A stretch of 64,000 nucleotides of DNA from Candidatus Hadarchaeota archaeon (lineage in GTDB: Archaea; Hadarchaeota; Hadarchaeia; Hadarchaeales; JAWBSP01): positions 20,229 through 84,228 of the forward strand of contig CAYYWO010000004.1 of NCBI GenBank assembly GCA_964474885.1, given 5' to 3'. Of the stretch, positions 56,787 to 64,000 are shown in pieces. The position numbers and the translations under genes were made by a program. The notes under the pieces are model-generated. The model was not told where the DNA came from, ran no database searches, and saw only the letters and a program-made list of their open reading frames with translations. The stretch's first letter is position 1. Each line of letters opens with the position of its first letter.

Positions 56787-57151
56787 TCCAGACCGACGTA
56801 AAACCGACTGAGAGCAAAGAAAAAGTGCTGAAGTGCTTACACAATCTCTTCCCCGCCGTCAAATTCGACGTACAGGAGGGGAAGATCTCGGGTCGTTCCA
56901 AGGATCTATCCGCACTTGAGAGGCTGAAGCAGTTGCTCGGGAGGCAGGCTATCCGTGACGCGGCAAGAGCCTACCTGCAGAAGAACATTTTCCCCGGAGA
57001 GCTGAAGTTCTGGCTGAACAAGCAGGCTGCCTCTTGTAGTGTGGTCAACTTCACCGAGGGTGAATCTCCACTGGGACCGATAACCGTTACGGTGAGGGCG
57101 AAGGACGTGCAGAAGGTGGTGGATTACCTGACGGGTTCTGAAAAACGGTAA
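56774..57151 (+). CDS. UPF0201 RNA-binding domain protein
   Basis: V.PTE..EKV, I.DAAR, LNKQAA, PLGPI. Confidence 0.88.
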   Translation: MEILIQTDVKPTESKEKVLKCLHNLFPAVKFDVQEGKISGRSKDLSALERLKQLLGRQAIRDAARAYLQKNIFPGELKFWLNKQAASCSVVNFTEGESPLGPITVTVRAKDVQKVVDYLTGSEKR

Positions 57152-57681
57152 CCAAAACCGTTTTTCTTGGATTCATCACGCTCGGTCTCCTCGAGAGTTC
57201 ATCAGCTCCTCCCCCTAAAAGTGGAGAGAGTAGCTGTAAGTAAAACTAATCATGTTCATGTGCAACTCTCTGAACCTGACTTCGAAAAGAAAGAGTGGAG
57301 CCCGTGGCTTTCGGGGACTTACAGCGTGAATCGGGACGGCATGACATGCGACATTAGTACCATGTGTGGCGCCTCGACCCGAGGGAGGGGTGGGCTCAGT
57401 TGGGAAGGATGATACACCCCCAAACTCTGCCCCCGTGCTCCCACCGCCAAGGAGACTACCAATGGAACTCGGACCACGGACCACTGGCTGAAGTACCACA
57501 CCGCCCATCGCCATCAGCGTGACCTCGTTCTCAGCTCCGCGGGACCCAGAAGCCTCCCTGAAGGATGTGCACCCAAAGTTTTCTTCCTTCCCAGTTTAAA
57601 GGAAAATCCCTCATGTGTATACAAATGTTTTCGATTTCTGGAAACTGCTAAAAAGGCTAAAGGAGGGGCGCGGGCTTGTAG

Positions 57682-58695
57682 ATGATAATAAGGCACGAGC
57701 AGGAGAGGGAGCTCATAGCGAGCATACTGAAGGCCGCAGGGGCGTCGGAGGAGGAATCCAGAATAACGGCGGACGTCCTCACTGAGGGGGATCTGAGGGG
57801 CTTCTCCTCCCACGGGATCCTGAGGCTTCCCTACATCATCAGGGCAATCAGGAGAGGGACCATCGTAGTCCCGACGAGGATCAAGGTGGAGGAGAAAACA
57901 GACACGGTAGCCCTGGTAGACGGTGGGCACGGACTTGGGCACTTCGTCGCCTACAGGGCCATGCAGCTCGCGATAGACAAAGCCCAGAAAACTGGGATTT
58001 CGGCGGTTGGCGTGAAGAACTCGAACCACTTTGGGATTGCCGGCTACTACGCGCAGATGGCCATCCAAAGGGAGATGATAGGAATAGTCATGACCACCAC
58101 GGATGCTCTAGTGCATCCTTGGGGAGGGGCGGAGGCCATCCTAGGGACCAATGCGCTGGCAGTCGGGATACCCTCCAATCCTCCCATACTGCTGGACATG
58201 GCGACCAGTGCGGCTGCCAGGGGGAAAATTTTGCAGGCACTGAAGGAAGGAAAAAGGATCCCGGAGGGATGGGCGATAGATGAGGAGGGAAATCCAACGA
58301 CCGATCCAAGCAAGGCCCTGAGGGGTGCCCTCAGTCCTTTCGGAGGAGCAAAAGGCTACGGGTTGGGCTTCGTGATCGGGATCCTAGCTGGCCCGCTGGT
58401 GGGAGCTGCCGCTGGTAAGAAAGTGAAGGGGACGCTCGAGCCAATCGAGGGTTATTGCACCAAGGGGGATCTCATGCTGGCACTCAACCCCAAGATATTC
58501 GTGGACTGGGAGGTGTTCCAGTCTGGGGTCAGGGATCTCATCGACCAAGTCAAGAGCTGCAAGCCAGCAAAAGGCTTCACAAGAGTGATGATTCCTGGAG
58601 AGCCGGAATGGGAGTGTAGAGAGAGAAGGCTGAAGGAGGGGATACTCATCCCAGACGAGATCTGGAGGGAAATAGAAAGACTGAAAACAGCCTAG
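57682..58695 (+). CDS. Ldh_2 family 2-hydroxyacid dehydrogenase (ComC/malate/sulfolactate dehydrogenase-like)
   Basis: DLRG..SHG, SNHFG.AGYY, GTN, DMATS, FGG.KGYGL, PGE. Confidence 0.9.
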   Translation: MIIRHEQERELIASILKAAGASEEESRITADVLTEGDLRGFSSHGILRLPYIIRAIRRGTIVVPTRIKVEEKTDTVALVDGGHGLGHFVAYRAMQLAIDKAQKTGISAVGVKNSNHFGIAGYYAQMAIQREMIGIVMTTTDALVHPWGGAEAILGTNALAVGIPSNPPILLDMATSAAARGKILQALKEGKRIPEGWAIDEEGNPTTDPSKALRGALSPFGGAKGYGLGFVIGILAGPLVGAAAGKKVKGTLEPIEGYCTKGDLMLALNPKIFVDWEVFQSGVRDLIDQVKSCKPAKGFTRVMIPGEPEWECRERRLKEGILIPDEIWREIERLKTA

Positions 58696-58707
58696 CGATG
58701 CCAAAAA

Positions 58708-58757
58708 GAACTGTATCCGTTATAAACACTTTCTGTTACTACGGTAACAGACAGTTC
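58708..58757. terminator. structured intergenic element between convergent genes (function unknown; possible terminator)
   Basis: gaactg/cagttc outer stem enclosing tctgttac-tacg-gtaacaga hairpin; contains a reverse copy of the 4963-5018 motif. Confidence 0.4.
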
Positions 58758-58780
58758 CAAAACCTGTGACCTTTAGGGCA

Positions 58781-59988
58781 CTATGCTTTGCTCTTGAGGA
58801 GCTCTACAACCGGGAGTTTCTCACCGCAGAGGAAGCTGATGCAGGCGCCTCCTCCCGTGCTCACGTGGCTGAGCTTGTCGAGGACCCCTGCCTTCTCGGC
58901 GGCCGCTACTATGTGCCCTCCACCTATTACTGTGTAGGCACTGGATTCGGCCATTGCTCTTAAGACCTCGAAGGTTCCCTTTTCAAAGCCCTCTTGCTCG
59001 AACACTCCTAATGGACCGTTTGCGACAACTGTCCTCGCCTTTATCACCTCTTCCTTGTACCTCTGAACAGTCCTGCTACCTATGTCCTTGATCAGGAGCT
59101 CCACCGGAAGGGACGAAACTTGGATCTCAACGGGTTTCCCCCCATCATCCACCACCACATCCTCGGGGAGCACTATCTTCTCACCGAAGTCCGATAGGAG
59201 CTGCTTCGCCCGGTCGAATTCCTTATCGAATCCCTTGTTCTTCAGGATCTCGGTGTTCTTGTCTCCCAGGTTTACACCGGAGGCCCAGAGGAAGAGGTTT
59301 GCTAGAAGGCCTCCGGTCAGGATCCTGTCAGCTATGCCCTTCCCTAAAATATCCTGGATCATGGACATAGATTCCTTCGACTTGCCGCCGCCCAAGACGT
59401 ACACGCATGGGCGTTCCGGCTCCCGGGCTCTGCTCAAGGCTCTTATTTCTTTCTCCATAAGCCTCCCCGCGTAGGTGGGCAGGACCGCCCCAAAACCGAC
59501 CAAGGAGGGCTGGGCCCTGTGGGCGGCACCGAAAGCATCATTCACGAACACATCCACGATGCCCGAGAGCTCCCTCACCAGGAAGGTTTTTGACATCTCT
59601 TCCGGGCTCCCCTTCAGCATCTCCTCCGCCATAAACCTGACGTTCTCAAGGAGGAGGATTTCCCCCTCCTTCAGACTCTTTATCTCGGCTTTCGCAGAGG
59701 GGCCTATGATATCCGGCACGTACCTGACAGGCTTCCCTAGGATCTGGGAGAGTTTCACGGAATGCTTCTCCAGCCTAGCGAAGTCCTCGTCCCCCGGTCT
59801 GCCCTGGTGCGCGATTACCACTACCCTAGCACCTTTGTCGGAGAGCTCCTTCAGCGTTGGAGCGCACTCACGCAACCTGGTGTCGTCCAGGATTTCCCCG
59901 GTTTTTGGATCAAGCGGTGAATTTATGTCGACCCTGACCAAGACGGTTTTTCCCCTTACGGAAACCTCATCCAGCGTCGGTATTTGCA

Positions 59989-59989
<1 letters not shown>
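58781..59989 (-). CDS. pgk: phosphoglycerate kinase (archaeal type)
   Basis: VRVDINSP, AHQGR, LENVRF, DAF.AAHR.QPS, NGP.GVFE, STGGGA. Confidence 0.96.
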
Positions 59990-61002
<1,013 letters not shown>

Positions 61003-61016
61003 TCATAGCGAGTGGC

Positions 61017-61030
61017 TTTAAAAGGTTTTC
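61017..61030 (-). promoter_or_regulatory. putative BRE/TATA promoter of gap-pgk
   Basis: Minus strand GAAAACC-TTTTAAA about 24-37 nt upstream of the gap ATG. Confidence 0.55.
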
Positions 61031-61192
61031 GGCTCGAAGTTTTGCCAGCGGGGAACCACGACAGTATGGGGCTGCTATTCCTTTTTGGTCATCCAAATCT
61101 GAACCTTTACTAAAGTGCTTTTCGATTTGAGAGCATTAAAACCATCCCTTCGAGAGCATGCCCATTGGTTCATAAACCCAAGAGGAATATAA

Positions 61193-62860
61193 ATGAGTCC
61201 GGCATACCGGAGGCTCTTCTTTGTTCTCTCAGGCTTCGTGGCTTTTGCTTTACTGGTACCAGTGTGCTTCCGAGCAATTGCGTTCCACATACCTCCTGAA
61301 AACTGCCGATATGACTTTAGCAGTTCCCACGGCTTCTACACCGATCCCACGTGGAGAACCTCCATCGAGAACGGAAATCCGGTGCTCAGAGGAGAAAACG
61401 AAGGGTTCGCCTTTTTTCCGAAAGAAATCCTAAAGGAAAATAGACGAACCAAAGATCTCTTACCTACCCCTACCGAGCTTGCTGGACTGAAGGTGGGGAT
61501 TAAAGTTGAGAGGGGGTTCACCTGCGTCTCATGGATAGGCAAGAATCAAAAGCTCTCCTTAGTTTTTCATCCGGCTAGGCTGGAGATAGAGCAGTGGTCT
61601 GGCGATGAACTCGTCGGATGGCACTCTTATCCCATAGATTTTCCGCTCGGCCAGTGGCATAACTTGCAGTTGTCAGTTCAAGACTTGAATCTTTACATAA
61701 AACTGGATGACAACCAAACGATAGAAATAGAAAACGCGTTCTGGGGCCAAAAAGTGAGTTTCGAGGCATGCCCTTCCGATGTGGGCACGGTGGTCCTGAT
61801 AGACAACTTCGAGGTCTGCTTTGGTAGGCCCTCTATTATTCAATCCCTTCTTGCCGATCTGGTGATTGTCGGGCGAATGCTCGCTTACATAGGCCTTTTC
61901 CTCCTGTTGGTCTTTTGGTTGCTCAGAATCAAACCGAGGTATGGCTTCTGGGCCGCTCTCGCTCTGATCACTGCCCTGCTCTCCGAGCGCCCGACGCTTT
62001 TCTTCAGCAGGCCCCTGGATTTGGGCTTTATTTTGGGGTACCTCTTCTACTTCTTCTACAGCTTCATAACATACGACTTGGTTTGGAGTAGCAACAGAAC
62101 TGACCTAGGAACTCTTCTGCTTGTCGGAGCTCTCGTAGGGTGTTTCCTAAGCTTCGGCAGGTGGGGCCTGTCGCCGGGTTTAGTTATGAGATTCTCCGTT
62201 GTCTCGATCACTTTTCCGTTGGTCATGCTCGACTCTTTTACTCCAAATCCCGAAGTGAGAGTTCCTCCTTGGGTCAACACTCTGCTCGGAGGCCGGCGGT
62301 GGCGGTGGACCCTAGGACTGATCATGCTTGCCCTCTTGTACTCGGCATACTGTGCGATTGGTCTGATCGTTTCTAACCTCTGCTTTCACCTCTCGTTGGT
62401 TATTATGGCTGGAGAACTTGTCCTAGTCTACCTACTGGCCTTGCTCATCATTTCGAAGGGTATGAATTTGAGGGAGTTCTTACCCACCAAGCGTGAACGA
62501 AAAGTCATTCTCCCCGCTCTAGGAGTGGCTTATCTCTTCTCAGTAGCATACCTTTTGCGCGTGACACTGGCTGCATCTGCCTCGCCTTCTGAGCTCATGC
62601 TTATAAATTTCGGCCCCTTTGTACTCATGTTTTCCTTACTGCTTGTGTGCACACGCTCAAGATTACGAAAGCGAGTCCGTATGCGCGAAAAACTAAGACC
62701 TCGCTCACCGATAATTTGGCTTCCCTTGCTACTGTTGTTCGCATCTCTTGTGTCGCTCGTTCCTCCCTTGGTGATACTAATCCCAATCGAGATGTTCTTG
62801 GAACAGGTGGGGGGCATCGGGCTAATAATATGGCTATTGTTGGATACGCGGAGATTGTAG
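61193..62860 (+). CDS. multi-pass membrane protein with N-terminal extracellular beta-sandwich (ConA/LamG-like) domain
   Basis: Signal/TM, then GQWHNLQLSV...LYIKLDD...IDNF pattern, then many TM helices. Confidence 0.7.
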   Translation: MSPAYRRLFFVLSGFVAFALLVPVCFRAIAFHIPPENCRYDFSSSHGFYTDPTWRTSIENGNPVLRGENEGFAFFPKEILKENRRTKDLLPTPTELAGLKVGIKVERGFTCVSWIGKNQKLSLVFHPARLEIEQWSGDELVGWHSYPIDFPLGQWHNLQLSVQDLNLYIKLDDNQTIEIENAFWGQKVSFEACPSDVGTVVLIDNFEVCFGRPSIIQSLLADLVIVGRMLAYIGLFLLLVFWLLRIKPRYGFWAALALITALLSERPTLFFSRPLDLGFILGYLFYFFYSFITYDLVWSSNRTDLGTLLLVGALVGCFLSFGRWGLSPGLVMRFSVVSITFPLVMLDSFTPNPEVRVPPWVNTLLGGRRWRWTLGLIMLALLYSAYCAIGLIVSNLCFHLSLVIMAGELVLVYLLALLIISKGMNLREFLPTKRERKVILPALGVAYLFSVAYLLRVTLAASASPSELMLINFGPFVLMFSLLLVCTRSRLRKRVRMREKLRPRSPIIWLPLLLLFASLVSLVPPLVILIPIEMFLEQVGGIGLIIWLLLDTRRL

Positions 62861-62894
62861 TCGCAACATCTCTGATAACAATTGAACCTCACTC

Positions 62895-63305
62895 ATGGAA
62901 TTGATGGTTGAGCGCCGGAAATTCCGGGGAAAGGTGGTCAAAGGACTTGGGGAAGGGGAAAAGTACCTCGAGATACCTTACTACAAGGAAGCCTTTAGTC
63001 GAAAGTTTGGATTCCAACCTTTCCCCGGTACCTTAAACCTGAGGGTTGAGGAGGACAGGTGGGTACTGGAACATCTCAAGAAGCACGGATCCAAGGTAAA
63101 GGGTTGCGAGCACGAAGGAAGGAAACTGGGCGCCGTCTACTGCTGCAAAGGCAAAACCGGGGAGCTGGAAGTGGTGGTGATACTCCCCGAGCTGACCAAG
63201 CACGAAAGCACGGTCGAACTCATCGCGCCACAGAGCCTGAGAAAAGCTTTGCAACTGTCTGACGGTGATGAAGTATGGGTAGAGATCTCGTGCGACAAGC
63301 AATAG
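62895..63305 (+). CDS. ribK: CTP-dependent riboflavin kinase
   Basis: G.V..GLGEG..Y, GF.PFPGTLN, P..T.H, ELIAP..LR..L.L.DGD. Confidence 0.93.
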   Translation: MELMVERRKFRGKVVKGLGEGEKYLEIPYYKEAFSRKFGFQPFPGTLNLRVEEDRWVLEHLKKHGSKVKGCEHEGRKLGAVYCCKGKTGELEVVVILPELTKHESTVELIAPQSLRKALQLSDGDEVWVEISCDKQ

Positions 63306-63973
63306 CTGATCTGAAAAAAGGAAAGTTCGTACTTGTGCACGATGTTCCCACGAGAGAGAATGAGGTGGACTTCGTGCTACCAGCACAATTCGCTACCAGT
63401 GAAGCCGTCGCTAGGATGAGAAAAGACGGAGGAGGGCTGATCTGTGCGACCCTCCATCCCACCATCGCACGCAATCTGGGCCTCCCCTACATGACCCAGA
63501 TCTACGAAGAGGCCTGCAAGCGGTTCCCGGTGCTCAAGGCCCTTTCGCCGCCCAGACTCCCCTATGACGAGAGATCCGCCTTCTCCATCTCCGTCAACTC
63601 GAGGCGCACGAGGACGGGAATCACGGATGAGGACAGGGCCACCACCCTCCGAGAGCTTGCGGAGGTGGGAGAGCTTGCCATGAAAGGCCCTACCATGGAT
63701 GAGTTCACTAAGCGCTTCCGGAGTCCCGGGCATGTCCCGCTCCTGCCCGCAGCCGAGGGCCTCCTGAGGAGCAGAAAAGGGCACACCGAGCTCTCCGTGC
63801 GCTTGCTGGAGATGGCCGGTCTGATCCCGGTGGGCGCCATATGTGAGATGTTGGATTCGAGCACTCACCGGGCGCTGTCGCTCGAGGATGCTAGAAAATA
63901 TGCGGAGGAGCATGGATATGTTCTTCTAACCTGCTCCGATATAGAAGAGTATGAAGGTAGTGGGTCTGGCTGA
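63275..63973 (+). CDS. ribB: 3,4-dihydroxy-2-butanone 4-phosphate synthase
   Basis: RENE.D, GGLIC, TGITD.DR, F.SPGHV, GHTE, ICEM. Confidence 0.95.
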   Translation: MGRDLVRQAIADLKKGKFVLVHDVPTRENEVDFVLPAQFATSEAVARMRKDGGGLICATLHPTIARNLGLPYMTQIYEEACKRFPVLKALSPPRLPYDERSAFSISVNSRRTRTGITDEDRATTLRELAEVGELAMKGPTMDEFTKRFRSPGHVPLLPAAEGLLRSRKGHTELSVRLLEMAGLIPVGAICEMLDSSTHRALSLEDARKYAEEHGYVLLTCSDIEEYEGSGSG

Positions 63974-64000
63974 CACGACCTTTGCGAGACTGGATATGGC
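63951..64000 (+). CDS. ribC: archaeal riboflavin synthase (5' end only)
   Basis: Own translation MKVVGLADTTFARLDM matches the archaeal RibC N-terminus; follows ribK-ribB. Confidence 0.85.
   Translation, partial: MKVVGLADTTFARLDM

Noticed and set aside
57682-58695. Methanogenesis inferred from a ComC-like gene plus F420 genes
   Set aside because: The Ldh_2 family is broad, F420 occurs in many non-methanogens, and no mcr or other com genes are in the window

Overview
Gene-dense chromosomal window from an archaeon (archaeal PheS/PheT, RpoN, TFE, L18e/L19e/L32e/S4e, CTP-dependent riboflavin kinase, archaeal PGK and RibC, TATA boxes close to start codons). Composition suggests a thermophile; a Hadarchaeota-like lineage is a guess, not shown by the sequence. 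Most of it is housekeeping: translation genes, two ribosomal-protein blocks cut off from their usual neighbours, tRNA-Met(CAT) and tRNA-Gly(GCC), F420 genes (cofC, cofG, cofH, cofD), argG-argC-argJ, gap-pgk and riboflavin genes. No CRISPR array, intact mobile element or rRNA was seen. Stand-outs: (1) a 2838-aa surface protein built as [4 FN3/Ig-like modules + a block of ~16-aa Trp-initiated repeats] x4, ending in a PGF-pre-PGF-like domain, TM helix and basic tail; (2) a strong D/E-N dipeptide bias in some extracellular domains; (3) a partly AT-richer operon of two extended SDRs, a tungsten AOR-family enzyme, three orphan membrane proteins and a GH2 glycosidase, coupled to cofD, possibly for lipid-glycoside catabolism; (4) a dispersed ~25-bp hairpin motif with a compensatory change; (5) a bacterial-type class I GAPDH beside an archaeal PGK. 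Counts and alignments were done by eye.
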